This document shows, one piece after another, positions 8,828 to 19,165 of a stretch of 64,000 nt of DNA. Position 1 is the stretch's first letter. The number at the start of each line of letters is the position of its first letter. The notes beneath the pieces were generated by a model. It was not told the origin of the DNA and did not search any database. It worked only from the letters and a program-made list of their open reading frames with translations. The stretch covers positions 125,378-189,377 of the forward strand of contig JBAQLS010000025.1 in NCBI GenBank assembly GCA_049302075.1, written 5' to 3'. Source of the stretch: Carboxydocellales bacterium (lineage in GTDB: Bacteria > Bacillota > GCA-003054495 > Carboxydocellales > JAJZTU01). A program made the translations under genes and the position numbers.

Positions 8828-9727
8828 ATGGCTAAACGGAGTAAGTCAAAAACAGCTAAAATATTTAGTGTGAAAAACAAAGTATCTATTGAACCTGTGG
8901 ATGAAATCAAAGAAATTATGGAAGAAATCAACCGAAAGACACCTGCCTACCCTAAACTAAAAATTCAGACGGTAGATAAAATAACCACCCGGGAAACATC
9001 AGGATTAGCTGAAGTTGAGAATTCTTCATTAAAAAAGCATACCGTTGGGTTAGACAAAATGGAGGGTGCTTCCACCGAGCAAAGTACGGATTTACCAGCT
9101 AAAATAGAGTGTGATACAACTGAACAAGTTTCGACTGACCAAATTTCAATAGACTATGTGCAGATTGATCATGTTCCAATTGAACGTGAATCCGTTGATT
9201 TGGATTATAGTGAGCAGGAGAAGGCTGAACAGGATTCGGAGCACTGCGGGGGAGAGAAGTATTTGACTATAAAACAATTAGCCTCCATCCTTCAAGTAGA
9301 ATTAAGTACTATTCGTCACTGGGAGAAAGAATTTGCAGAATATCTAGGACAAGCAGTACTAAAGAATCAGCGCAAACTTTTTACTACTTGGCAGCTGGAG
9401 GTTTTTAGCAAAATCAAAGATTTACTCAAGACTGAGCAGTATACTATCGAAGGAGCGAAAAGACGCCTTGAGTTAGACAATATCCTTACTTATTCTTTAG
9501 GTGTGGAGCATAATTTTAAGACCACAGTGTTTATCATGTTATCGGCAATCATGCAGGAACTCCAGGCCTCCCGTCAGGAGAGCAGGGAACTGGCTAGACA
9601 AGTTGCCAAACTTCAGGTGGAAAAAAATCAAGTTGAAGAACAATTACAAGAAGAACAAAACAGGGGTTTGTTCGACTTTCTAAAAACAAAACTAAACAAG
9701 CGTGCTCCAGTGGGTAAAGAGGCTTAA
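8828..9727 (+). CDS. MerR-type HTH protein with an acidic N-terminal region and a C-terminal coiled coil
   Basis: YLTIKQLASILQVELSTIRHWEKEF resembles a MerR-family HTH. The C-terminal heptad-like segment is rich in Q, E, K and L. Confidence 0.55.
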   Translation: MAKRSKSKTAKIFSVKNKVSIEPVDEIKEIMEEINRKTPAYPKLKIQTVDKITTRETSGLAEVENSSLKKHTVGLDKMEGASTEQSTDLPAKIECDTTEQVSTDQISIDYVQIDHVPIERESVDLDYSEQEKAEQDSEHCGGEKYLTIKQLASILQVELSTIRHWEKEFAEYLGQAVLKNQRKLFTTWQLEVFSKIKDLLKTEQYTIEGAKRRLELDNILTYSLGVEHNFKTTVFIMLSAIMQELQASRQESRELARQVAKLQVEKNQVEEQLQEEQNRGLFDFLKTKLNKRAPVGKEA

Positions 9728-9774
9728 ATTCAGGCTGTTGAAAATTCACGACTTTATTAGGAGGTGACTGAACT

Positions 9775-10242
9775 TTGCCAGCATTGGACATTATTACCCT
9801 GATACCGGGTATATTCTTGCTTTGCTTAATGATTATAATTGCCATAATCGATTATCGACAGCAAATCATCCCCAACAAACTTATACTTGTGGGAACAATT
9901 ATGGGTACTGTTCTTAATCTAGCTGTGGGCAAACTTTCTCTTCTGGAGATGATTATTGGTCTAGCTAGTGGAGGGACAGTGTTGCTTGTTATCGCTGTTA
10001 TTTCCAAGGGGGGGATGGGCGGCGGTGATGTTAAGCTAGCCGCAATGCTGGGAATTTATTTAGGTTGGGAACATACATTACAAACTATTTTTTTGGCTTC
10101 TCTTTTAGCGGCTTTAACGGGTTTAGTTTTAATGCTGGCTGGCAAAGCAAACCGTACAACAGCTATACCCTTTGGGCCCTTTCTGGCCATCAGTACTTTT
10201 GGATTATTTCTAGGGCAGTCATTAATTAACAACTGGAATTAA
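9775..10242 (+). CDS. Prepilin peptidase (A24) family membrane protein
   Basis: It has the GGGDVKLAAMLG catalytic-Asp motif and a polytopic hydrophobic profile. Confidence 0.75.
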   Translation: MPALDIITLIPGIFLLCLMIIIAIIDYRQQIIPNKLILVGTIMGTVLNLAVGKLSLLEMIIGLASGGTVLLVIAVISKGGMGGGDVKLAAMLGIYLGWEHTLQTIFLASLLAALTGLVLMLAGKANRTTAIPFGPFLAISTFGLFLGQSLINNWN

Positions 10243-10325
10243 AACAGATATACCAGCATAATAATTGACAAAGGGATAGGTTTAAGTTCATAATTAAACT
10301 AGTTCAAATATCAAAAGCCTAATCG

Positions 10326-11534
10326 GTGTTGTTAACCCCGCCGGGCTTTTCTGTTTTTAGGAGTGATTTTAGCATGCTAAGGTATTTAACTGCCGGTGAA
10401 TCTCACGGTCCGGCCCTAACGGCTATTATAGATGGAGTTCCATCAGGAATGCTGCTAACCAAGGATTACATAGATAACCAATTGGTAAGACGTCAGGGTG
10501 GCTATGGTCGTGGTGGCAGGATGGCTATTGAAAAAGACCAAGTTGAGTTTCTTTCCGGAGTAAGGGGTGGCTTCACTCTAGGTGGTCCAATCACCTTACA
10601 GGTTCAAAATAAGGATTGGGCCAACTGGTCAGACACCATGTCTCCCCATCTGGGAGCAAAACTGGAAGATCGAGTGGTTACCAAGCCCAGGCCTGGTCAT
10701 GCCGACCTCTCGGGGGCGTTAAAATATAACCACCGAGACCTGCGCAACATCTTAGAGCGGGCTAGTGCCCGGGAAACTGCCGCCAGGGTGGCCGCTGGAA
10801 GTGTGGGGCGCAGACTACTGGAGGAGTTGGGTATTAAGGTTGTCGGTCATGTGGTGAACATTGCTGGGGTGGAGGCACAGACTCAGGGTGTTACACCGGA
10901 AGAAATTGGCCGCAGAGCAGCAGAATCACCAATTTATTGTGGGGATAAACAGGCTGAGGAGCAAATAATTTCCGCGATTGAACAAGCAAAAACAGCTGGT
11001 GATTCTTTGGGTGGAATATTTGAAGTTATAGTTACCGGTCTTCCAGTAGGTTTAGGCAGTCACGTCCAATGGGATCGACGCCTGGATGGCTTGCTGGCTC
11101 AGGCTGTGATGAGCATTCAGGCCATTAAGGGAGTGGAAATAGGGACGGGTTTTGGCCTGGCAGGGCTTCCTGGTTCTCAGGCCCATGACGAAATCTTTTA
11201 TGCCCCCCAAAATGGCTTTTGCCGCAAGACCAACCGAGCTGGGGGAGTAGAAGGCGGAATTACCAATAGTGAGCCTCTGATCATTAGGGGAGCTATGAAG
11301 CCTATCCCCACCCTTTATAAACCCCTGCGCAGCGTTGATTTAAACACCAAGCAGCCTTTTGAGGCCTCCATCGAAAGATCCGATGTTTGTGCTGTGCCGG
11401 CAGCTTGTGTGGTTGGCGAAGCAGTTGTGGCCTTTACCCTGGCCCAAGCGGTGTTGGACAAATTCGGGGGAGATAGTATGGAGGAATTACAGCGGAATCT
11501 GGCTGCGTACCAGACTGCCCTTAGGAAGGTGTAA
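10326..11534 (+). CDS. aroC: Chorismate synthase (likely start ATG 10374)
   Basis: [24 protein letters not shown].. is the canonical AroC N-terminus. AGGAG precedes ATG 10374. Confidence 0.95.
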   Translation: MLLTPPGFSVFRSDFSMLRYLTAGESHGPALTAIIDGVPSGMLLTKDYIDNQLVRRQGGYGRGGRMAIEKDQVEFLSGVRGGFTLGGPITLQVQNKDWANWSDTMSPHLGAKLEDRVVTKPRPGHADLSGALKYNHRDLRNILERASARETAARVAAGSVGRRLLEELGIKVVGHVVNIAGVEAQTQGVTPEEIGRRAAESPIYCGDKQAEEQIISAIEQAKTAGDSLGGIFEVIVTGLPVGLGSHVQWDRRLDGLLAQAVMSIQAIKGVEIGTGFGLAGLPGSQAHDEIFYAPQNGFCRKTNRAGGVEGGITNSEPLIIRGAMKPIPTLYKPLRSVDLNTKQPFEASIERSDVCAVPAACVVGEAVVAFTLAQAVLDKFGGDSMEELQRNLAAYQTALRKV

Positions 11535-11536
11535 TA

Positions 11537-12055
11537 ATGAAAAATATTGCGCTGATTGGCTTTATGGGTACAGGTAAAACCTCTGTGGGTAAAAAACTGG
11601 CCCAAGACCTAAGGTATAATTTTGTAGATACAGACCAAGAGGTTGAAAGAATTACCGGGTTGACGGTTGAACGGGTTTTTAAGAAACATGGGGAAAAGCG
11701 TTTTCGTTCTGAAGAAACTTTAGCCTTAAAAAGATTATTACAGCAAGAGGGACAGGTAATAGCTACTGGGGGAGGGATAGTCCTTAAACCGGAGAATGTC
11801 ACTCTATTAATAGAAAAAACTTATATTATAGCTTTAACTGCCAGACCGGAGGTAATTTACCAACGGGTGGAATTGCGAGGTAACCGACCTCTTTTAAAAG
11901 GAGGTGACCTGATGGAAAGAATTTTGCAGTTAATGGAGGAGCGGAAAGACACTTATAACTTCGCTCATTTAACAGTTGATGCCTCGGATAATTCCCCAAA
12001 CATGGTCGCCGACAAAATTATAAAAACTTTGCGGGAAATTAAAATAATTCATTAA
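11537..12055 (+). CDS. aroK: Shikimate kinase
   Basis: GFMGTGKTSVGK Walker A, ..DTD.. and ATGGG motifs. Confidence 0.9.
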   Translation: MKNIALIGFMGTGKTSVGKKLAQDLRYNFVDTDQEVERITGLTVERVFKKHGEKRFRSEETLALKRLLQQEGQVIATGGGIVLKPENVTLLIEKTYIIALTARPEVIYQRVELRGNRPLLKGGDLMERILQLMEERKDTYNFAHLTVDASDNSPNMVADKIIKTLREIKIIH

Positions 12056-12079
12056 GGTAGGATGGAAGGATGGTAATCG

Positions 12080-13186
12080 GTGCGGCACCTTGAACAAACA
12101 GAAAGAGTTAGAGTAGAGTTAGGTATAAACAGCTATGATATAGTTATTGGAGCCGGCATTCTGCCCTTGTTAGGTCAGGAATTAGCGGAATTGGCTAAAC
12201 TAACTGGCTTGGGAAAACAGGTATTGGTAATCTCTAACCCTACAGTAGAAGCTTTGTATGGGGAGCAAATTGTCACCAGTATCGCCGAAGCCGGGTTTCA
12301 AACTACACTGGCTCTCGTCCAGGACGGGGAGCAGTATAAGTCTATGGATTCGGCCATGGAGTTGTATAATCAAGCGCTTAGTATGGGTTTAGACCGTAAG
12401 TCGCTGATTGTTGCTTTGGGCGGGGGAGTGGTCGGCGACCTGGCGGGTTTTGTCGCTTCCACCTACATGCGTGGAATACCCTTTGTGCAGGTGCCAACCA
12501 CACTTTTGGCCCAGGTGGATAGTAGTGTTGGGGGGAAGGTGGCTGTAAACCACCCCAAAGGGAAAAACATCATCGGTTCCTTTTACCAACCCCGGTTGGT
12601 TTGGGCTGATGTGGAAGTTTTAAAAACTCTGCCCATGGAAGAGCTCAGAGCCGGACTGGCAGAAGTAATTAAGTACGGGATAATCTGGGATGAGGGCTTT
12701 TTTAATTATCTGGAGCAGAGCTTTGGGGAGATTTTGTCCCTAAACCAGCCGGACCTCCGGCGAATAGTCCAGAACTCATGTGCCATTAAAGCCAACATTG
12801 TTGCCCAGGACGAACGGGAGGGTGGGATTAGGGCTATTCTCAATCTTGGACATACTTTTGGTCATGCTTTAGAGGCTTTGACTCATTACCAGGTATACCG
12901 CCACGGGGAAGCTGTCGCTGTGGGTATGGTTATGGCTTGTAAAGTTTCCCGGGAACTAGGTCTGCTTACTGAGGAAGAGTTAAGCCGGGTGACCAGAGTT
13001 ATTGAGAGCTTTGGTCTGCCGGTAGAGGACCGCAAGGTTGGGGCAGGGGATATCCTGAACAGTATGTATCATGACAAAAAAGCAGAGGCTGGCCGAATTA
13101 AGTACATAATTCCCGAAACCATTGGGCAAGTTCGAATTAGCTCCGAAATTCCCGAGGAATTGATTTTAAGAATATTGTTGGCGTAA
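12080..13186 (+). CDS. aroB: 3-dehydroquinate synthase
   Basis: GGGVVGDLAGF.., the QVDSSVGGKV region and HTFGHALE metal-binding motifs. Confidence 0.9.
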   Translation: MRHLEQTERVRVELGINSYDIVIGAGILPLLGQELAELAKLTGLGKQVLVISNPTVEALYGEQIVTSIAEAGFQTTLALVQDGEQYKSMDSAMELYNQALSMGLDRKSLIVALGGGVVGDLAGFVASTYMRGIPFVQVPTTLLAQVDSSVGGKVAVNHPKGKNIIGSFYQPRLVWADVEVLKTLPMEELRAGLAEVIKYGIIWDEGFFNYLEQSFGEILSLNQPDLRRIVQNSCAIKANIVAQDEREGGIRAILNLGHTFGHALEALTHYQVYRHGEAVAVGMVMACKVSRELGLLTEEELSRVTRVIESFGLPVEDRKVGAGDILNSMYHDKKAEAGRIKYIIPETIGQVRISSEIPEELILRILLA

Positions 13187-13258
13187 AAGGAAACCCTAAA
13201 TCTGGGATGAATATACCCGGAAGCAGGGTTTTTCTGGTCGTTAATCGTACTATGATGT

Positions 13259-14671
13259 ATGGCAGCAAAGAGGGAGAGGTGTCGAATGTTAAATAAAGGC
13301 GACCTAGAGGAAGTACTAGCTCTGGCCCTAAAGCATGGCGGTGATTTTGCGGATATTTTTGTGGAGGAAAAACGAACCACCGGGGTAGGGTGTGAGGCGG
13401 ATAAAATTGAACGCATCAATACCGGTATTGATGTGGGGGCTGGTATTCGGGTTATTTCTGGGGAAACTACCGCCTATGGTTATACAAATGATTTAAGCCT
13501 GGAGGGTTTAATCGAAGCGGCCAAAGTGGTCAGCCATGTAGCCCAAGGGGCGGAGCGGGATGTAACGATTAAACTAACCCCGGTGAAATCCCCGGTTGAT
13601 TTTGAGATTAAACACCGCCCTGACATGATAAGTATGGATCAAAGAGTGGAGTTACTCCTAAACGCCAACAAATTAGTCCGTGACTACGATTCCAGGATAA
13701 AGCAGGTATCTGTTGGTTATGCAGATGTCATTCAAAAAGTGACTATTGCTAATAGTGATGGTGAGTATGTAGAGGATGAACGCATCCGGACTAGATTTAT
13801 GGTCAATGCGGTAGCTGCTGAGGGTAAAACAATTCAAACCGGTTACAGTGCGGCTGGCGGGGTGGCCGGCTTTGAACTGTTTGAGCAAAACAATCCTGTG
13901 GATGTGGCTGCAGACGCAGCCCGCCGTGCTATCCTGATGCTTAATGCCCAGCCGGCCCCAGCGGGTAAAATGGCGGTGGTAATGGCCGGAGAAGCAGGGG
14001 GGACCATGGTTCATGAAGCCTGCGGCCATGGCTTGGAGGCCGATCTGGTACAAAAAAGACTTTCCGTCTATGCCGGTAAAAAAGACCAACAGGTAGCCAA
14101 TTCCCAGGTAACAGTAATTGATGATGCCACTTTAAAAGGGAAATACGGATTTTACCGATTTGATGATGAAGGTACACCCGCCCAAGAATGTGTACTTATT
14201 AAGGACGGAATTTTAACCGACTATATGTATGATCGCCTTACAGCCCGGAAGGATGGACGGAAATCCAACGGTCATGGCCGCAGGGAGTCATATCAGCATA
14301 AGCCTGTTCCCAGGATGGGGAATACATATATTGCTCCAGGTCAAGAAGATCCGGAGAAAATTATTAAAGATGTCCAAAATGGATTGTTGGTTAAAAAAAT
14401 GGGTGGTGGGCAAGTTAACACTACCACGGGGGACTTTGTTTTTGATGTAGCCGAAGGCTATTTAATTAAAGACGGGCAAATTACCGTTCCGGTACGGGGA
14501 GCTACCCTTTCCGGCAATGGCCCGGAAGTGTTAAAGGTGGTATCCAGAATTGGCAAAGATCTGGGCTTTACTATTGGCACCTGTGGCAAAGACGGCCAGG
14601 GGGCCCCGGTATGTGATGCCCAGCCAACCCTTCTAATCCCCGAGCTGATTGTGGGGGGAACAGCAAAATAG
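13259..14671 (+). CDS. tldD: TldD-family metalloprotease (likely start ATG 13286)
   Basis: The HEACGHGLEAD motif and overall length fit TldD. No pmbA/tldE partner is adjacent. Confidence 0.9.
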   Translation: MAAKRERCRMLNKGDLEEVLALALKHGGDFADIFVEEKRTTGVGCEADKIERINTGIDVGAGIRVISGETTAYGYTNDLSLEGLIEAAKVVSHVAQGAERDVTIKLTPVKSPVDFEIKHRPDMISMDQRVELLLNANKLVRDYDSRIKQVSVGYADVIQKVTIANSDGEYVEDERIRTRFMVNAVAAEGKTIQTGYSAAGGVAGFELFEQNNPVDVAADAARRAILMLNAQPAPAGKMAVVMAGEAGGTMVHEACGHGLEADLVQKRLSVYAGKKDQQVANSQVTVIDDATLKGKYGFYRFDDEGTPAQECVLIKDGILTDYMYDRLTARKDGRKSNGHGRRESYQHKPVPRMGNTYIAPGQEDPEKIIKDVQNGLLVKKMGGGQVNTTTGDFVFDVAEGYLIKDGQITVPVRGATLSGNGPEVLKVVSRIGKDLGFTIGTCGKDGQGAPVCDAQPTLLIPELIVGGTAK

Positions 14672-14695
14672 TTCCATAAAGGAGAGAAGCGGCAA

Positions 14696-16180
14696 ATGTT
14701 GGACCGCAACCTAAAGGTACTTATAGCTGCAGCAGAGGTAGCACCTTTTGCTAAAACCGGTGGCCTGGCGGATGTAGCGGGCTCATTGCCAAAGGCGTTG
14801 GCGACAATGGGCAATGATGTAAGGGTAGTGATGCCTAAATATAGGCTGGTAGATGCAGAAAAGACCTGTCTGGATTTTCCTGTGGAAATTGGTACCAGGA
14901 GAGAAACCGGCATTATCCGGGAAGCAAAAATTGAAGCTCATCTGGGTGATATCCACAAGCAAATACCCGTCTATTTAATCGACAATTATCATTACTTTGA
15001 CCGGGAGGGCATTTATTGTCACCATGATGATGGGGAACGCTTTGCTTTTTTTTGCAAAGCGATTTTAGAAATGCTGCCAATAATCAACTTCCAGCCGGAT
15101 ATTATTCACCTCAATGATTGGCAAACAGGACCAGTTGCTTTAATGCTTAAAGAACAATATAGTGAGAATCCCTTCTACAAAAAGATAGCTACAGTATTTA
15201 CAGTACACAACCTGCAGTATCAGGGGCTCTTCCCCAAAGAGACGATGCAGCTGCTACATATCCCTGAGCACTACCTTGTCCCCGAAGGGGTGGAGTTTTT
15301 CGGGAGCTTTAACTTTATGAAAGCGGGCTTAATTTATGCGGATATTATTAATACTGTAAGCCGAACCTATGCTCAGGAAATCCAGACACCTCAATATGGG
15401 GAAGGTTTAGATGGGTTAATGCGGAAGCGGGCTAGGGAGCTTTTTGGCATAGTAAACGGGATCGACTATCACGAGTTCAATCCCCAAACGGACCCGAGAA
15501 TTTACCGGAACTATGATGGGGATAATTTTGCCGATAAAAAAGAAAACAAATATGCCCTGCAAAAGGAAATGGGGCTACCGGTTAAAGATGTGCCTGTTTT
15601 AGGATTGGTATCCAGATTAGTAGACCAGAAAGGCCTAGACCTGATTGCAGATATTGTTGATGAATTATTAAGCCAAGATATTCAGTTTATTTTGTTAGGC
15701 GAGGGTGAGGAGTGCTATCAAAGCTTTTTTGCACAGCTCCAGCAACAATATCCGGATAAGGTGGGAGTTCAGATTGGCTTTAACGGAATTTTAGCCCAGC
15801 GTATTTACGCCGGAGCGGATATCTTCCTGATGCCCTCCAAATTTGAACCTTGCGGCTTAGGACAGCTAATTAGTCTACGCTATGGCACTATCCCTATAGT
15901 CAGGGCTACGGGTGGGCTAGCGGACACTATCAGCGACTATAATCCCGGGCTTGGAGTGGGTAATGGTTTTGTTTTTACCGAGTATAAAAGTGCGACCTTA
16001 CTGGATACCATTAACCGGGCAATAGATTTGTACCAAAATAATCCGGAACAATGGCAAAAGCTGGTGGTAAACGCACTAAAGCAGGATTTCTCCTGGAACA
16101 AGTCGGCTGCTGAGTATTTGGAGCTGTATGACGCGGCATTGGGTAAAAAACAGCTTAGGTATAAAGCTGCAGGCTGTTAA
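14696..16180 (+). CDS. glgA: Glycogen synthase (ADP-glucose type)
   Basis: N-terminal AAEVAPFAKTGGLADV is typical of GlgA. The last codons (A-G-C) and the stop lie inside the repeat element. Confidence 0.9.
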   Translation: MLDRNLKVLIAAAEVAPFAKTGGLADVAGSLPKALATMGNDVRVVMPKYRLVDAEKTCLDFPVEIGTRRETGIIREAKIEAHLGDIHKQIPVYLIDNYHYFDREGIYCHHDDGERFAFFCKAILEMLPIINFQPDIIHLNDWQTGPVALMLKEQYSENPFYKKIATVFTVHNLQYQGLFPKETMQLLHIPEHYLVPEGVEFFGSFNFMKAGLIYADIINTVSRTYAQEIQTPQYGEGLDGLMRKRARELFGIVNGIDYHEFNPQTDPRIYRNYDGDNFADKKENKYALQKEMGLPVKDVPVLGLVSRLVDQKGLDLIADIVDELLSQDIQFILLGEGEECYQSFFAQLQQQYPDKVGVQIGFNGILAQRIYAGADIFLMPSKFEPCGLGQLISLRYGTIPIVRATGGLADTISDYNPGLGVGNGFVFTEYKSATLLDTINRAIDLYQNNPEQWQKLVVNALKQDFSWNKSAAEYLELYDAALGKKQLRYKAAGC

Positions 16181-16405
16181 AATTCCCCGTCTAGACATCC
16201 ATTCCACTAACGTGGCACCAACAGTATATGAAAATTAACACGTTAATTTTCAGGATAGCTTGTCGCCAGAATTACCAAGGTCATTACGGCTGTTAAAATT
16301 CAGGATAGCTTGTCGCCAGAATTGCCAAGACCCTCGACGTACAAAGAGTACGCCTGTGGCCTTGGCAATTCTGCTTCCGTGCTATACGGGTTTTTCAATC
16401 AGCCT
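16169..16405 (+). repeat. Composite or nested cluster of the intergenic repeat family: 5' end fragment, unrelated palindromic insert, partial copy, full copy
   Basis: GCAGGCTGTTAAAATTCCCCGTCTAG occurs at 16169. The perfect palindrome GAAAATTAAC-AC-GTTAATTTTC lies at 16229-16250. AGGATAGCTTGTCGCCAGAATT(A/G)CCAAG is duplicated, and a full copy ends ..ACGGGTTTTTCAATCAGCCT. Confidence 0.8.
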
Positions 16406-16483
16406 ACTAGGGTTTCTTTACGCCTTATCAAAGGGTATGATATAATTTAATGCTAGGAACGGTAGATTACTAGGGAGGACAAA

Positions 16484-19165
16484 ATGGAAATCATCGTCAG
16501 CCATAATAATACAGATTTTGATGGGCTTGCTTCCATGGTCGCTGCTAAAAAGCTTTACCCTGAAGCGGAATTAGTCTTTGCAGGTAAGCTGTGTCGCAAT
16601 GTAGAAGATTTTATGGGCCTACATAAGGATACTTTAACAGTGCATATGGCTAAGGATATTCCCCAGGAACGGGTAGATAAGCTGATTCTGGTAGACACTA
16701 AAACCCGCAGCCGGTTAGGACATTTACAAAAATTAGCAAGCCAAACCGGAATCACCGTACACATTTATGACCATCACCCCCGAACGGAACAAGATGTGGT
16801 AGGTACTCTGGAGGTAGTGGAGCCTCTAGGCGCTACCACCACCCTTTTGGTGGAGCTTATCCAGGAAGCGTGCTTAGCAATTAACTCCTTTGAAGCCACT
16901 ATTTTAGCCCTAGGGGTTTATGAGGATACCGGCTGTCTAACTTTCTCCACTTCCACTTCAAGGGATGCTGCAGCCATTGCCTTTCTTTTGGAGCATGGGG
17001 CAAATCTAAAAATAATTGCCGACTTTATCGGCCGCCCCCTGAGTGAGCCACAGAAGAATCTGCTCAATACCCTGATTCTGTCGGCGCAACATTTTCTCAT
17101 TCACGGGACCAAGGTGCTAGTAGCCAAGTCAACCGTGGACGAATATATTGGCGGCTTGGCCCTGCTTACTCATAAACTTGGGGAGATTGAGAGTGTAGAT
17201 GTAATAATAGCTGTAGTGGAAATGGAGGATCGGGTGCACATTGTGGCCCGGAGCCGAGTTGATCATGTAAGTGTATCCGATATTTTGGAGGCCTTTGGAG
17301 GCGGAGGGCACGACAAAGCTGCTTCAGCCACCATTAAGGACATTCATGTGGATGAAGTACAGCGTCGGCTATTACAGTTGCTTCAGGAAAGAATTAAACC
17401 GGAAATTGCCGCTGCCCAGTTAATGACCGCCCCGGTTAAAACTGTATTTCCGGAAACCAGCATCGATGAGGCGGGTAAAATCATGCTTCGTTACGGCCAC
17501 TCCGGCCTGCCGGTGGTTAATCCCAACCTGGACATTGTAGGGATTATCTCCCGTAGAGATGTGGATAAAGCCAAACACCACGGTCTGGGACATGCCCCCG
17601 TTAAAGGCTATATGTCTCGTCGGGTTGTCTCCGTTACACCGGATGTGCCACTGCCGGAAATCCAAAGATTGTTAATCGATAACCATATCGGGCGCCTTCC
17701 CGTAGTGGAAAATAGTCGGCTTTTAGGAATAGTATCTCGGACAGACGTCCTACGAACGCTGCATGGGGCAAGTTATCCCGAAACCTATCAGAAAATTTAT
17801 CTCCCCGATGGCGAGCGCCAGAAACAAGACGGTAAAGTGCTTACCGAGCTGATGTTAGAAAGACTGCCGGAAAAAATTCGGGATATCCTAGGCAAAATCT
17901 GTTACCTTTCCTTTCACAAAAACTATCAGGTCTACGTAGTAGGAGGTTTTGTTCGAGATCTACTGCTGAATGTAGAGAATTTTGATATCGATTTAGTGGT
18001 GGAGGGTGACGGTATCAGCTTTGCTAGATTGTTAGCAGAATTTTTCTGTGGCCGAGTTAAAATTCATGAAAAGTTTGGCACCGCGATTGTTGTGTTGCCA
18101 GATGGTTTTAAAATCGATGTAGCCACAGCCCGGACAGAATTTTATGAATACCCAGCTGCCCTGCCGATGGTAGAAAACTCCACCCTGAAGGAAGACCTTT
18201 ACCGCCGGGATTTTACCATTAATGCCATGGCCCTGGATTTAACCAAGGATAACTTTGGGGAATTGGTCGACCATTTCGGTGCCCGAAGGGATTTGGAGCG
18301 TCAGGTGGTGCGTATCCTGTATACCTTGAGCTTTGTAGAAGATCCCACTCGGATTTTCCGAGCAATCCGCTTTGAACAGCGCTATGATTTTACCATGGAA
18401 CCTCAAACTCTGGAACTGGCTAAAAAGGCTATAAAGGACAATTGGCTGCAAAAGCTGTCCTATGATCGAATTAGAGAGGAACTACGGCATATTTTCAATG
18501 AGCAGAATCCGATTAAGGCCATTAGCCGGATGCGTGAACTAGGCTTATGGAAGACTATCATGCCAGAGATTGCCTTTAATGATGAGATCAGGAGGGTTGT
18601 GGACAACCTGCCCCTAGCTAACAACTTAGTCGCTAAAGAGATAGTTAATTTCCGTGACCTGCATCCTTGGTTAACATATTTTACAGCCATGGTGCACCAA
18701 CTGGATAACTCTACTGTTGAGGAAATTTGCGAACGTTTTAAGTTAACTAATGATGACCAGCGGATTGTCAAAGATTCGGTACTTAGTTGGGAAGCTGCCT
18801 TAAAGATTTTAGATACCGAGGAGGAGGTTCTCTTAAGTACAGTTTCCCGAACCATTGGGGAACAATCGGAGGAAGCCTGTGCCTTTATTCTGGCCAAAGC
18901 CCAGAATCTAAGGGTCTGGGAACTAGTCCAAAAATACCTAAATCGGGTTAAGGTAAGTAAACTCGAGATTGATGGCAATGACTTAAAAAATATCGGCTGT
19001 CCTAAAGGACCTATTTACGGTCAAATCCTCCAAAGAGTTTGGGAAGCTAAACTGGACAACTTAGCCATGGGCAAGGAAGCTGAACTGCGTTTAGCCGGAA
19101 AGCTGTTAAAACAAGTACTGGAAGATGGACAAGAGTTGGTGGAAGGAGCAGGGGTAAATGTTTGA
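16484..19165 (+). CDS. Multidomain DHH/DHHA1 phosphoesterase - tandem CBS - poly(A) polymerase/CCA-adding-type nucleotidyltransferase
   Basis: An N-terminal HNNTDFDG..DHH region, two CBS-like segments (MTAPV..; YMSRRVVSV..), then GGFVRDLLL..DIDLVV.. and RDFTINA motifs of the PcnB/Cca head domain. Confidence 0.8.
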   Translation: MEIIVSHNNTDFDGLASMVAAKKLYPEAELVFAGKLCRNVEDFMGLHKDTLTVHMAKDIPQERVDKLILVDTKTRSRLGHLQKLASQTGITVHIYDHHPRTEQDVVGTLEVVEPLGATTTLLVELIQEACLAINSFEATILALGVYEDTGCLTFSTSTSRDAAAIAFLLEHGANLKIIADFIGRPLSEPQKNLLNTLILSAQHFLIHGTKVLVAKSTVDEYIGGLALLTHKLGEIESVDVIIAVVEMEDRVHIVARSRVDHVSVSDILEAFGGGGHDKAASATIKDIHVDEVQRRLLQLLQERIKPEIAAAQLMTAPVKTVFPETSIDEAGKIMLRYGHSGLPVVNPNLDIVGIISRRDVDKAKHHGLGHAPVKGYMSRRVVSVTPDVPLPEIQRLLIDNHIGRLPVVENSRLLGIVSRTDVLRTLHGASYPETYQKIYLPDGERQKQDGKVLTELMLERLPEKIRDILGKICYLSFHKNYQVYVVGGFVRDLLLNVENFDIDLVVEGDGISFARLLAEFFCGRVKIHEKFGTAIVVLPDGFKIDVATARTEFYEYPAALPMVENSTLKEDLYRRDFTINAMALDLTKDNFGELVDHFGARRDLERQVVRILYTLSFVEDPTRIFRAIRFEQRYDFTMEPQTLELAKKAIKDNWLQKLSYDRIREELRHIFNEQNPIKAISRMRELGLWKTIMPEIAFNDEIRRVVDNLPLANNLVAKEIVNFRDLHPWLTYFTAMVHQLDNSTVEEICERFKLTNDDQRIVKDSVLSWEAALKILDTEEEVLLSTVSRTIGEQSEEACAFILAKAQNLRVWELVQKYLNRVKVSKLEIDGNDLKNIGCPKGPIYGQILQRVWEAKLDNLAMGKEAELRLAGKLLKQVLEDGQELVEGAGVNV

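Noticed and set aside
8659-8931. A 90-aa minus-strand ORF
   Set aside because: It spans an AT-rich promoter region and the 5' end of the MerR-like gene. It has low-complexity Phe/Ile/Leu content and no RBS.
14458-14913. Antisense or shadow ORFs of 60-170 aa across the window, for example 14458-14913, 13673-14089, 18460-18978, 21441-21884, 33029-33319, 36172-36546, 42709-43062, 46011-46352, 47034-47405 and 60367-60750
   Set aside because: Each is fully embedded opposite a confidently identified conserved gene and lacks an RBS or a recognisable family.
16260-16445. The track ORF at 16260-16445, and likewise 23920-24174 (-) and 23969-24151 (+)
   Set aside because: They lie entirely within copies of the intergenic repeat, have no RBS, and their sequences are dictated by the repeat.
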